64,000 nt of DNA, taken from the NCBI GenBank assembly GCA_963725785.1, contig CAVRZV010000011.1, positions 165,956 to 229,955 on the forward strand, in the 5' to 3' direction. Of the stretch, positions 52,147-62,661 are shown piece by piece. The notes beneath the pieces are model-generated. The model worked only from the letters and a program-made list of their open reading frames with translations. It did no database searches and had not been told where the DNA came from. Numbering within the stretch: position 1 is the first letter of the stretch; the number at the start of each line of letters is the position of its first letter. The translations under genes were made by a program, and so were the position numbers. The DNA is from an uncultured Bacteroidales bacterium (GTDB lineage Bacteria > Bacteroidota > Bacteroidia > Bacteroidales > VadinHA17).

Positions 52147-54350
52147 TTAATCATCCAGCCCTGACTGGTCGATCATTCTGACTTTTTCCTCAAGTGTTTT
52201 TATCAGTTTTTTTGCGCTTTCGATTTTGTCTTCCACCTCTCTGATCATGGTATCAGCGTTGGTAGATTTTGCAAAAAAACCAATATTATTCTCCCACAAA
52301 ACTATGTCACTTTCAAGCTGTTTAATCTTTGTAAAAAACTTATCACGCTCATTTCTGACTTTTCTTGAAGCTTTAGGATTTGCTTTAAGATTGTCAAGTT
52401 TAGTTTTATATTTAAGGATACTTTTGTCCTCATCACCAATTTTCAGTTTATCAAACTCTTTATTAATGGCTGCCCGATATTTATTGGTGATTTCATCTTT
52501 CATATTAAACGGAACAAAACCAATCTCAGTCCATTTCCTCTGCAATTCTTTCAGGCGTTCGAAAGCAGATTGAACATCAGTTCCCGGTTCAAATTTCTCA
52601 AGTTCATCAATGATGGAGAGTTTTGCTTTCAGATTATCTTCGTAAGATGTATCGAGTGCGGTAAAAAACTCTGTCTTCCTGTTAAAAAAATGATCACATG
52701 CTTTGCGGAATCTCTTCCAGCATCTTTCCGATTGTTTCCTGGGAACGGGACCAATTTCTTTCCACTCTTTCTGCAGTTTTATCAGAGCATCGGAAGTAGC
52801 TTTCCAGTCTGTGCTTTCCTGAAGACTCTCAGCCTGGATACATAATTCCGTCTTCAGCTGCAGGTTATTCATCTGAATCTCTTTATTGTCTGCATAGAAA
52901 CCACGCTTCTTCTCAAAAAAAGTATCACATGCGTCTCTGAATCTCTGATAAACCCTGTTATTTTGCTTTTTAGGAGCAAATCCAATTGTACGCCACATTT
53001 TCTGTAACTCAACTACCTTATCTGCCCTTTCATCAAATTCTTTGAAGTTTTTAATTTCCAGCAGGTTTATGGCATCTACCTCTTCACACAGAGCTATTTT
53101 AGCATCAAGGTTTTTTCTCTGATCGTCTTTCTGTTTTTCAAAGTACTCATGATGTCTTTTGTTTATTTGAGAGGTAGCTTCCTTAAATCTCTCCCAGATC
53201 TCATTTTTTGATTCCTGTGGAACAGGGCCTATCTCGCGCCACTGGTTATGAAAATCCTGTAAAAATCTGAAGGCGTTGACCGGATTTGGTTCGAGAAGGA
53301 GTTCTTCTGCCTTTTCGCATAACAAAACTTTTGCCTCAAAATTCTTTTTAAGGTCAAGGTCTCTCAGCTCTTTATTTATTTTAATATAATCATAGAAAAT
53401 TTCCACATAATGATGATAATTCTCCCAAAGATCTTTCAGCGAAGTCTGAGGCACCACGCCAATAGAATGCCATTCATTCTGAAGCGCTCTGAAGTCATGA
53501 AATGTCTTATTTATTGATTCTTCCCTGTTTACCAGATCTTTGATTTTATCTATTATGTCATACTTTTTTTTCAGGTTTTCATATTTTTCAGCTTCCTGAA
53601 TTTTATTATAGTCGGTTTTTTTCTCTCTGTATTTTTCGAGCAGGTGTTTTACGCGGGCATCTTCAGGGTCAACCCATTGCCTGTACTCCTCAATTTTGCC
53701 TCCACCTTCAAGAAACTTGGCTTTCCTCTCTTCAGCTTCACTCTTTAATTTCTTATAGAAGTGTATTTTTAAGCGTTCAACATCATCCCTGATCTCAACA
53801 GTAGGCCTGTTTTCAATAATCAGAGCCAGTGTCTCAACAAGTTCATGCTTTGAATAACCGGAATAATCAACCTGCGGCAGCTCAATATTTTCAGACTCAT
53901 CAGCTTCCGCAATCACAGGTTCTTCCTTAACCTCCTCAACTACAGGTTCTTCCTTAACCTCCTCAACTATAGGTTCTTCCTTAACCTCCTCAACTATAGG
54001 TTCTTCCTTAACCTCCTCAACTACAGGTTCTTCCTTAACCTCCTCAACTACAGGTTCTTCCTTAACCTCCTCAACACAGGTTCTTCCTTAACCTCCTCAA
54101 CTACAGGTTCTTCCTTAACCTCCTCAACTACAGGTTCTTCCTTAACCTCCTCAATCACAGGTGTCTCATCCGGCTTAAGCCCTTCATTTTCGGTTATTGT
54201 CTCTGTATTAATTTCAGGATCTCCTGCGTCACCAGGAGATTCAAGTTCTTGCGCGTTGTCCGCTTGTGTGGCATCCTCAGTTCCGGTGGCGTTTTCGATA
54301 GCCCCGGATTGTTCTTTACGAACAGAGTCATCCGGATTTTTCTTGGTCAT
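52147..54350 (-). CDS. DUF349 domain protein with acidic N-terminal repeat tract; frame broken in the tract
   Basis: Repeated WRxIGxVP...W.RF...CD.FF units. The N-terminal ORF (54048..54350) joins via the VEEVKEEPV repeats. Confidence 0.85.
53915..54156 (-). repeat. 27-bp tandem repeat, 9 units, encoding VEEVKEEPV
   Basis: Unit ACAGGTTCTTCCTTAACCTCCTCAACT on the + strand; unit 6 (54050-54075) is 26 bp and shifts the frame. Confidence 0.92.
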
Positions 54351-54644
54351 AATCAATCCTTTTATAGTTCAGATCATTGTCAGATATTTGCACACCATGG
54401 CAATCCATGGAATTTTCAGAGTACGAAAATATTGAAATATTTAATAAAACTCAAAGTTTTGACATAAATAAATGTGAGAATCAGATATTAAGACCCTCTT
54501 TAAATGAAGTATTGAAAATATAGAAGTTGACAATTTCATATTTTAAGATGTCAATTACAGGAATTCAGAGAGATAAATTCTATATTTGACCATAAATATG
54601 ATCTAAAAAGGTACTCTGACAAAATAAAATTAAAATATTGAAAG

Positions 54645-54824
54645 ATGGATAAAACTCAAATATTTATCTATTCAGCTGTAATTGCATTAGTGGCTGTAAG
54701 ACTATATCAAAAATTTGTTAAGAAAGATAAAGGTAAATTGGGATCAGATGCTAAACATGGTTCAGATAACTCGATGTTGTCTTCTTCAAAAGATGATGAT
54801 TATGAACCGTACTCCAAAAAGTGA
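54645..54824 (+). CDS. Small single-TM protein (59 aa), not in the ORF track
   Basis: MDKTQIFIYSAVIALVAVRLYQKFVKKDKGK...SSSKDDDYEPYSKK*; A-rich upstream region. Confidence 0.6.
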   Translation: MDKTQIFIYSAVIALVAVRLYQKFVKKDKGKLGSDAKHGSDNSMLSSSKDDDYEPYSKK

Positions 54825-54914
54825 ATAGAAGGAATACTTAACTTTTGTGGGCTCACATTCTACCTGGTATTTGACAGTCTGTAATGGAATAATGGAACTT
54901 TCAGACAGTAGAAC

Positions 54915-55086
54915 AGGAGATCCTTCGCTTCGCTCAGGATGACAGCATTGTTGATGAACACATGGGGTGAAAAAGTGGCGATTCGTACCACTAATCTATC
55001 AATTAGATTTATCTACGAATCGCCACTTTTTCACTCCAATAACACCCTAATTATCTTGTCATCCTGAGCGAAGCGAAGGATCTCCT
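54915..55086. repeat. Nested palindromic element, copy 2
   Basis: Perfect 30-bp outer inverted repeat AGGAGATCCTTCGCTTCGCTCAGGATGACA; inner arms GGGGTGAAAAAGTGGCGATTCGTA / TACGAATCGCCACTTTTTCACTCC. Confidence 0.88.
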
Positions 55087-55132
55087 ACTCACATCATTAG
55101 CAAACTCTCATTTAAAGTATTCTGTTAATAAT

Positions 55133-56422
55133 CTATTTTCTGTTTTTCGACACCATATACCGGAATGGATTTATAATCTTCTGGAGAAGTCTGATCCTCT
55201 CGGTAATGATTTCCGCTGTACCCTGCATATTCTGATTAAAATCAAGTTTTTTACCATATAACGTCGAGAGGCCATCAGGCAATTCAATTTCAATAACATA
55301 AGCATCACCGGAAGGAACTAGTGATTTTGATTTTACAGTACCTCTCACAATTCCATATTCGAGGTAAGGATAACCACTCAGTTTGATATTAACCTTTTGA
55401 TTTATTTTCACTTTGCCGGATCGTTGCATTTTAAGATATATTCTTCCCAGATAGCTGCCAGTAGACAGAGGAACTATGCTCACCACCTGTTCATCTTTAA
55501 CAACTGACTGATTGGCACTCCAGAACTTTGTAAATGAAACAATTCCATCAATGGGCGAAATAAGAAGATAAGTATTCTCCCATAAATTTATCTGGGCCTT
55601 GAGGTTTAAAAAAGATTCGCGCAAAACTGAAACAAGCTTTTCCTTTTCATCCACACGGGTTATGCGATAATCCTGCAAAAGCTGTCGTTTTTCTGCTATC
55701 TCAATTGATTTTGCGGCATGGTCAAGCCTGACCTGCTGAAGCTCTATGTTGACTTTTAAAAGTGATTGATGTGATGTCTCAAATTCACTTTCAGGTATAA
55801 CCTTTCCTGCAAAAAGAGAAGAATCTCTCTTGTACTTTTTTGCCTCAAGACGCCGGTTTTCAGAGTAGAGATTTTCTTTTACTTTTAATCTGCTGACATA
55901 TTCCTGGATACTGACTATTTCATTGTTAAGCGAAGCTATTTTATTACCATACAAATCGTTGGTAATATAGCTATTTAAGTCAGACAGGTTTTTAAGAAAA
56001 GAGCCGTAAATTCCCTGTAATTCACCAAGCCCGGCCAGTAGAGGTAACATCCTGGCAGAAAGTAATTCAGGCCACCTTATAGTATCAATTGTCTGTTTAA
56101 GTAAATTAATTTCCTTCATTGACGCTGTTGTTTCCATTACAGCAATTAATTGTCCGGCCTTAACTTCTTCCTTTTCTTTTACAGAGAAATAGTTAATGCG
56201 TCCGGTTACTTTTGTGACAAGATTCACAGGCGGATTAGTTGTTGTAATTTCGACCGGAGCAGGAATAGTATCCGGATACCTGATCAGCCAGGCAAATACA
56301 ATAAACAGAATAAAAAGCAAAAGAAGAGTAGTTGTACCCCATCTGAGAATTCTCCCCGGCGGTCTTCCCATAATTTCTTTTACAGGTTCAGAGTACTTTA
56401 TTTCCGGCTGCTGATTCTTCAT
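55133..56422 (-). CDS. HlyD-family membrane fusion protein of a peptide exporter
   Basis: N-terminal TM, coiled-coil middle, LISPIDGIV, GKVKINQKVNIKLSGYPYLEYG, GTAEIITE. Confidence 0.9.
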   Translation of the reverse strand: MKNQQPEIKYSEPVKEIMGRPPGRILRWGTTTLLLLFILFIVFAWLIRYPDTIPAPVEITTTNPPVNLVTKVTGRINYFSVKEKEEVKAGQLIAVMETTASMKEINLLKQTIDTIRWPELLSARMLPLLAGLGELQGIYGSFLKNLSDLNSYITNDLYGNKIASLNNEIVSIQEYVSRLKVKENLYSENRRLEAKKYKRDSSLFAGKVIPESEFETSHQSLLKVNIELQQVRLDHAAKSIEIAEKRQLLQDYRITRVDEKEKLVSVLRESFLNLKAQINLWENTYLLISPIDGIVSFTKFWSANQSVVKDEQVVSIVPLSTGSYLGRIYLKMQRSGKVKINQKVNIKLSGYPYLEYGIVRGTVKSKSLVPSGDAYVIEIELPDGLSTLYGKKLDFNQNMQGTAEIITERIRLLQKIINPFRYMVSKNRK

Positions 56423-56431
56423 AAATGATCG

Positions 56432-58618
56432 CTAATTACCCAGTTCAAGTTGATTTTTTACCAGATTGTAATATGCTCCCCGCTTCCCGATAAGTGATTC
56501 GTGTGTACCAGTTTCTATTATCCTGCCGCTATCGAGAACAACAATTTTATCAGCATCTCTTACAGTGCTTAGCCTGTGAGCAACAACAATAACTGTTTTG
56601 TCTTTAAAGAATCCTGTAAGGTTTTCAACAATTGCTTTTTCGTTATTTGCATCAAGAGAGTTGGTTGCTTCATCAAAAATTATAATATCCGGATCCTTAT
56701 AGATTACCCTGGCAATAAGCAGTCTTTGTTTCTGTCCTTCGCTCAGACCATGGCCATTTGCTCCTATCCTGGTATTATATCCGAGAGGCAGTGATTCGAT
56801 AAATACTTTTATATTTGCTATATCAACTGCTCTGACCAACTTTTCCTCATTAATATCTTCTGATCCGGGAGCAATATTAGCTGCAATAGTATCGGGGAAA
56901 AGGAAACCATCCTGCATAACCGCACCCACTTTCTCTCTCCAGACTTTCAGGCTGAGATTTGATAAACGAGTATCGCCAATAAGTATTTCACCGGCTACAG
57001 GATGATAAAAACCAAGCAACATTTTTAATAAAGTTGTTTTTCCACTACCGCTCGTACCGACAATTGCAGTTACTTTATTCCCTTCGATAAACAAATCAAT
57101 GTCTTTTAAAGCAAACGGTGACCGGGGGCCCTCATACTGGTAAGAAAGACTATTAATATATATATCCTTTTTGTCGGGAAGTTTTCTTACTTTCATCTCA
57201 GGTTCAGGCTCTTCTTCCTGCAGGTTATGTACTTCAGCCAGCCTGTCGAGACTCATTTTCGCATCCTGCGACATACGAAAAAAGCCAATTATCTGGCTGA
57301 CAGGTACATTCAACTGACCTATAATAAACTGAACTGCAAGCATCATTCCAAGGGTCATATTACCTTTCAGAACTGCTGTTGCCGCAACTATAGTTATCAG
57401 GACGTTGGTGACTTCATTAATGAATGTAGCGCCTGCTGATTGATACTGGATTATGCTCAATCCTCTGATCTTCAATCCAAACAACGTCGCCTGCAGCTTT
57501 TCCCAATCCCATCGCATACTCAATTCACTCTGGGTCAGCTTAATCTCCTGCATTCCGTTTACTATATTAATAAGCTTGTTTCCTGAAACAGACATTTGCT
57601 TAAAACGCTGATGATCCAGAGCAGCCCTCGATTTCATGAAAATTGAAACCCAAAGTATATATAGTACTGACCCCGTCAGAAATAAAGCGAGGATTTTAAT
57701 ACTATATACTGCAAGAACAATTCCAAAAACAACCAGATTGAAAAATGAGAACAAAATGTTCAGACTTGCAGAAGTAAGAAACTCTTCAATCCGGTTGTTA
57801 TCTTCAATCCGTTGAAGGATATCACCTGTCAGCTTGGTATCAAAAAAAGCCACAGGAAGTGACATCAGTTTTTGAAGAAATCCCGATATCACGGCCACAT
57901 TCACTCTTGACCCGATATGTAGAAGCAACCAGCCTCTTATGAATTCAACAGACATCCTCCCAAAAACAAGAGCAAGCTGGGCAAAAAGAATCAGATAAAT
58001 AAATCCTATATCGTTGTTATTAAGGCCAATATCTATAATTGACTGGGTAAGAAAAGGAATAACCAGCTGGATACAGCTTCCAAGAACTAATCCCAGAACC
58101 AATTGGTAGAGATATTTCCGATAGATTCGAAAATATTTAAAAAGGAATTTAAAACCGTTTGTTTTATCCGGTTCATTCTCATTGTCATAAAGTGCCGGAG
58201 TAGGTTCAATTATTAATACCAGGCCTGCCGGTATTCCATCAACAACGGTAGATGCCCAGTTCTGAACAAATTCTTCACGAGTGAATTCCATTAGTCCAAC
58301 AGCAGGATCGGCGATCCAGATTTTGTCGTTTTTGATCTTGTAAACAACTACAAAATGTTTTTGCCTCCAGTGAACTATACATGGAAATGGGACATTCTCA
58401 TTCAAAATCTCAAAATGGACTTTTACTCCTATAGTTCTGAATCCCAAAGAATCAGCAGCTTCTGATAGTCCCAGGAATGAGACTCCCTCTCTTGTTATGT
58501 AACACTTTTTTCTTAGAGATTCAAGTGAAAAATTCATTTTGTAAAACCCTGCTACCATCTTTAGACAGGCAGGTCCGCAATCCATTGCATCAGGCTGTTT
58601 TACAAATGGGAAAGACAT
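56432..58618 (-). CDS. Peptidase-containing ABC transporter (C39 peptidase + TMD + ATPase)
   Basis: QPDAMDCGPACL (Cys), HWRQKHFVV (His), IADPA (Asp); six TM helices; GTSGSGKTT, LSEGQKQR, FDEATNSLD, VAHRLST. Confidence 0.95.
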   Translation of the reverse strand: MSFPFVKQPDAMDCGPACLKMVAGFYKMNFSLESLRKKCYITREGVSFLGLSEAADSLGFRTIGVKVHFEILNENVPFPCIVHWRQKHFVVVYKIKNDKIWIADPAVGLMEFTREEFVQNWASTVVDGIPAGLVLIIEPTPALYDNENEPDKTNGFKFLFKYFRIYRKYLYQLVLGLVLGSCIQLVIPFLTQSIIDIGLNNNDIGFIYLILFAQLALVFGRMSVEFIRGWLLLHIGSRVNVAVISGFLQKLMSLPVAFFDTKLTGDILQRIEDNNRIEEFLTSASLNILFSFFNLVVFGIVLAVYSIKILALFLTGSVLYILWVSIFMKSRAALDHQRFKQMSVSGNKLINIVNGMQEIKLTQSELSMRWDWEKLQATLFGLKIRGLSIIQYQSAGATFINEVTNVLITIVAATAVLKGNMTLGMMLAVQFIIGQLNVPVSQIIGFFRMSQDAKMSLDRLAEVHNLQEEEPEPEMKVRKLPDKKDIYINSLSYQYEGPRSPFALKDIDLFIEGNKVTAIVGTSGSGKTTLLKMLLGFYHPVAGEILIGDTRLSNLSLKVWREKVGAVMQDGFLFPDTIAANIAPGSEDINEEKLVRAVDIANIKVFIESLPLGYNTRIGANGHGLSEGQKQRLLIARVIYKDPDIIIFDEATNSLDANNEKAIVENLTGFFKDKTVIVVAHRLSTVRDADKIVVLDSGRIIETGTHESLIGKRGAYYNLVKNQLELGN

Positions 58619-58741
58619 TTCAGGTCTATGGAAATTGATTTTTAAGCAAAGTAAAGATATTTATTTTGGTTCAGATATCCCACGATTAAGATAAAATCAG
58701 TACCTCAAGGTATATAACGGGAGTTTTGACTTTTGAAATAC

Positions 58742-58749
58742 TATATTTG
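58742..58749 (+). promoter_or_regulatory. Bacteroidota housekeeping -7 box upstream of the ECF sigma gene
   Basis: TATATTTG matches TAnnTTTG; TTTG about 20 nt upstream; 28 nt before the start codon. Confidence 0.6.
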
Positions 58750-58777
58750 CCATTTGATTCTTCTTAAGTAAAAGGGG

Positions 58778-59344
58778 TTGTTTAAAAAAATATCTGATAT
58801 TGACTTACTTGAGGGTGTACGCAATCAGGATGGAAAAGTCCTGAATTGGCTATATGACAATTATTTACAAGCTGTCAAAAAACATGTTCTTAATAACAGC
58901 GGATCTATTGAAGATGTTTCCGATGTTTTTCAGGATACCATAATAATTCTGTATAAACAGATATCAGAGGACCATTTGAGTCTAACAACCGACCTCAAAG
59001 GTTATTTTTTTGGGATCGCACGTAACGTCTGGAGTGCACAGCTTAGAAAAAAACAAAAAACATTTGAACTGGAATTTGAAATTACCGATGAAGCGGAATC
59101 GGAAAACAGATACGACCCTACTCTGGAGAGGATTGTCAGCAGAGTATTTCAAAAACTAAAGCCTGATCAGCAGATGGTGCTGAATTTGTTCTCCGAAGGT
59201 ATTTCCTACGAAGAGATCGCGTCGAAGATGAATCTTAAAAATGAGATCTACGCCAGAAGGAAAAAATATCTGTGCAAAGAGTCTCTTCTTGAGCTTCTGA
59301 AAGAAGATCCTGAATATCAGGAGTATTTGCGTTTTCTAAAATAA
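58778..59344 (+). CDS. ECF (sigma-70 family) sigma factor
   Basis: 188 aa; region 2 (LYDNY...EDVSDVFQDTIIILY...YFFGIARNVW) and region 4 (LKPDQQMVLNLFSEGISYEEIASKM). Confidence 0.9.
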   Translation: MFKKISDIDLLEGVRNQDGKVLNWLYDNYLQAVKKHVLNNSGSIEDVSDVFQDTIIILYKQISEDHLSLTTDLKGYFFGIARNVWSAQLRKKQKTFELEFEITDEAESENRYDPTLERIVSRVFQKLKPDQQMVLNLFSEGISYEEIASKMNLKNEIYARRKKYLCKESLLELLKEDPEYQEYLRFLK

Positions 59345-62300
59345 AATCCGTAAAACAGAAGCAGGATTACAATGGGTACTGTAACAAAAACTTTCCATTT
59401 GGCAGAATAGTACAAAGGCTCATTATTTCCATATACTACCAGCGCAGACCAGAAATAAGGATGTGACCTTAACCTGTCGGCTGTTTTTAAGAAGCCGATT
59501 CTTGCCTTTCTTAGTGATACACTTTTCGAATACCCTCTTTTGAGGTTTTTATAGAACATTTCAACAATCTCAGTACCCGATTTATCTTCGATTTCCCACA
59601 TTGACATCACCACTGACTGACTTCCTGAATAGATAAAGCCTCTGGCAAGACTTAAAATACCTTCACCTGAATTCAACAGTCCTGTTCCGGTATTACACGA
59701 GCTGAGTACCACCATTTTGGCTTTAAGGGGAATTCCATAAATTTCAAATGTCTTGAGATACCCATCTTCAGGAGGATCATTTCCCCGGTCGAAGATCAAT
59801 GTTGAATGCATAGGATCTTTTTCATTTACCAGGGTATGCATAGCCAGATGGATAATATCGTATTTCCCTGATTCATTTTTATATACCGATTCTTTTGCTT
59901 CATTGTTTTCAAAAAGAATTCCCCCTGTTATTCTTGATACATATTCTGCTTCCTGCCGGGCATAGGGTAGATCGTTTAGCTTACCCAATCCTGCCTGTCT
60001 CGACATTAATACTGATTGTATATCAATGGGTTCAGGGTAATTTGGAGCAAATGCAATTAGCTTGTTCCTTCTGCTGGATTCCTTTTTTGACGATTCAGCT
60101 AAAAAAGTAGCAGAGTATGTATACGAAATATCAAAATCGTTCATCATGTAATTCAAATCCCTGTACATAAGGCCTTCTCTCTGAACTGCATCAGTTGGAA
60201 TAGTTTCAAATGGCAGGTATGAAAGAAAACTGTCAGGTGAAATAAATACCTTGTCAGAAATAAGGTATGATCTGACCGGTTCTATCAAAATTTTATATAA
60301 CCTGTATCCGGTTGACTGGAATTCATTAAATTTCTTAGAAGCATTTTCAGCAGGCAATGGCAGCGATAACAGACCCCTGAACCGTTTAACATCATTGAAG
60401 AATGATGTATCGACAGGTATTGCAAGCAACTGCTGATTTTTCCTGTTTACAACAAAAGTATACAATACAGTATCTGAGATCACATAATTAATATAATTTC
60501 CATTGTGGCCAATTACTGCAGGAATATCCTTAAGCCCAATCGTTTGAGTGTTATATTTAATGGCATAATACTCCGGATATTGTTTTTCAAATACAAGAAT
60601 GAGGGAATCTCTTTTTCTTATATCCTCCAGAAGATTTTCCTTCCATTTTGCTATTAATAGCATATTTGGGGTTTCTCCGGCCGATTCTTCGGCTATGCGG
60701 ATATTGAACAGGCTGATTTCACGCTTCAGATCCCTTTCATAGTCTCCTATCTCAGAAGGGATATGAAACTGTGCTGCCTTCAATTCCCGGGTGGAAGTCA
60801 ATAAAACTGCAACTTTGCTTTTTTCCGAATATTCAAATGCCTTTTCTCGGAAATACGGATCAGCAGTTTTATTGTACAGGAGATTAAAATCCCGTATCGC
60901 ATTTAGATACGACTCCCTGTATTTGTCTCCCAATATTAACCTGCTTTCCTCTTCACTGATATTTATTCTGACTCTATCGATCAGCGAAACAATTAATTCT
61001 GAAGTATTTGATGCCGCTTCAAGGATTTTCTGTTCGGGCTTTCTCATATAGATATCCCATAAAATATTATATTTTAGCCTGAGTATCCTGAGAGAAGTTT
61101 GGTCGGGCTTCAAAGATTCAAGTCCGGGATTAACTAAATTTGCTTTTATAGCAATATTATCACTGTCCGGAAAAAGTAATGACTGAATTATTTCCAAAGC
61201 TTTTTCTGATTTGCCTTCTACTTCCAGTGAACGAGAATAACCTATATAAACAGATGTTTTTAAGAATTGGTCATGAACATTTTTATTAACATAATCCATG
61301 CACTCCAGATAACATTCAATTGATTTTCTATTGTCGATCCTGTAATCTCTTAAATAGGCTGCATAATTATTTAAAACTTCAAAATAATCGCGGGGATTAA
61401 GTTCAAATCGGGCTTTTGACCTGACCAGAGCATTTTTCAACAGTTTCTCACCCTTTTTTTCTTCATTATCATTCCCAAGAAAAATACAATAGCTGTTTAT
61501 CAGGTTATAGCTTAATGATGAATTGTTGGAAATAGAAAGTGCTACCCCCTTCTCGTAATACTTACCTGCTTCTTCTTTGAGGCCAAGAGCATAATAAGTT
61601 ATTGCCAGGCCATTCAGTAAATTAATAAAATTGTCATTTTGATCGATGCCGGAAGTTTCATAAATTGATTCAGTTTTGTCGAGGTAGATTTTTGCTTTCG
61701 AGAAATCAGCCAGCCTGTTATAGCATACACCTAAATTGTAGTAGAGATCGGCCATTACAGCAGAAGATACCTTTCCGGGGTTTTTGTTTGCGATTGACAG
61801 CGCAATATTTGAATTATTTAATGCTATTTCATATTTTTTCTGCTCTACATAAGCTGAAATCAGCGACAAATATAAGCTTACCAGATCCGGACTTGATTCA
61901 CTATAAATTACTTTACCTATCTCAACCGATTTCGATGCATATTCCTCAAACTTATTTAAATCTTCGAGATTGGAGTATACAACACTAAGATTATAAAGTG
62001 CCCTGGCATAGCGAATATCAAGTTCATTGTTTTTTTCTTTTATAGAAATGCATCGATTGAGGTACAATATTGCTTCATTATAGCTTTTTATCTTTAAAAA
62101 ATAGATCCCGATTAAATAATAAGACTCCGACAAGATGGTATCACCAATGCTATTGGCACTTATCTTTTGCAATATGTTGTTAACTGTTAGTCTGCCCTGT
62201 GACATATCACCGTTAGTAAGCCTGGTTTTAAGGGATTCATTCAGATATTCGACCTCCTTTGAGGTCTTGTTAATGGAATCATTAAGCGGGCTTATGATCT

Positions 62301-62421
62301 GTTTATTCAGGTCAAAGTTTAAAAAAGATCGTTCGGTACCATAGATAACAGATGTATGAAGAGATCCGGTAGAGATTAAAACATAAAATATAAATCTTAT
62401 AATTCGATTCCTCGATTTCAT
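59317..62421 (-). CDS. TPR + CHAT (caspase-like) protease with C-terminal membrane anchor
   Basis: Multiple TPR-like repeats; ISPDSFLSYLPFETI, IIHLAMH (His), VVLSSCNTG (Cys), SVVMSMWEIED, HPYFWSALV; C-terminal hydrophobic helix followed by RKRK. Confidence 0.9.
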   Translation of the reverse strand: MKSRNRIIRFIFYVLISTGSLHTSVIYGTERSFLNFDLNKQIISPLNDSINKTSKEVEYLNESLKTRLTNGDMSQGRLTVNNILQKISANSIGDTILSESYYLIGIYFLKIKSYNEAILYLNRCISIKEKNNELDIRYARALYNLSVVYSNLEDLNKFEEYASKSVEIGKVIYSESSPDLVSLYLSLISAYVEQKKYEIALNNSNIALSIANKNPGKVSSAVMADLYYNLGVCYNRLADFSKAKIYLDKTESIYETSGIDQNDNFINLLNGLAITYYALGLKEEAGKYYEKGVALSISNNSSLSYNLINSYCIFLGNDNEEKKGEKLLKNALVRSKARFELNPRDYFEVLNNYAAYLRDYRIDNRKSIECYLECMDYVNKNVHDQFLKTSVYIGYSRSLEVEGKSEKALEIIQSLLFPDSDNIAIKANLVNPGLESLKPDQTSLRILRLKYNILWDIYMRKPEQKILEAASNTSELIVSLIDRVRINISEEESRLILGDKYRESYLNAIRDFNLLYNKTADPYFREKAFEYSEKSKVAVLLTSTRELKAAQFHIPSEIGDYERDLKREISLFNIRIAEESAGETPNMLLIAKWKENLLEDIRKRDSLILVFEKQYPEYYAIKYNTQTIGLKDIPAVIGHNGNYINYVISDTVLYTFVVNRKNQQLLAIPVDTSFFNDVKRFRGLLSLPLPAENASKKFNEFQSTGYRLYKILIEPVRSYLISDKVFISPDSFLSYLPFETIPTDAVQREGLMYRDLNYMMNDFDISYTYSATFLAESSKKESSRRNKLIAFAPNYPEPIDIQSVLMSRQAGLGKLNDLPYARQEAEYVSRITGGILFENNEAKESVYKNESGKYDIIHLAMHTLVNEKDPMHSTLIFDRGNDPPEDGYLKTFEIYGIPLKAKMVVLSSCNTGTGLLNSGEGILSLARGFIYSGSQSVVMSMWEIEDKSGTEIVEMFYKNLKRGYSKSVSLRKARIGFLKTADRLRSHPYFWSALVVYGNNEPLYYSAKWKVFVTVPIVILLLFYGFYFRKRKYS

Positions 62422-62462
62422 TTGCTGATTTAAAATTGATATGTTCCCCTTTTTTTCCTGAT

Positions 62463-62470
62463 CAAAGATA
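62463..62470 (-). promoter_or_regulatory. Bacteroidota housekeeping -7 box upstream of the CHAT gene
   Basis: Minus strand TATCTTTG, about 40 nt before the ATG at 62421. Confidence 0.55.
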
Positions 62471-62661
62471 ATAAAACCAAATCATTTTAATTAATTATGA
62501 AAAATGCATAGCTCTCTAATCAATTGATTATGTGTAAGAAAAAAAATATTTTAAAAATATGTGTTTTTTTTGTGTCACAAAATACCATCTTCGGACATGT
62601 AGTAGTGTGTAATCTGAATTAAAGAATGTCAAGACTAAGTACTAAACTAAAAATAACTGAT

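Noticed and set aside
53915-54156. Tandem 27-bp units as a CRISPR array
   Set aside because: The units are contiguous with no spacers, encode an in-frame peptide repeat, and no cas genes are present.
59317-62421. TPR-CHAT + sigma factor as a type III-E CRISPR (Craspase) module
   Set aside because: No cas7-11, csx30/31 or array in the window, and the protease appears membrane-anchored and exported.
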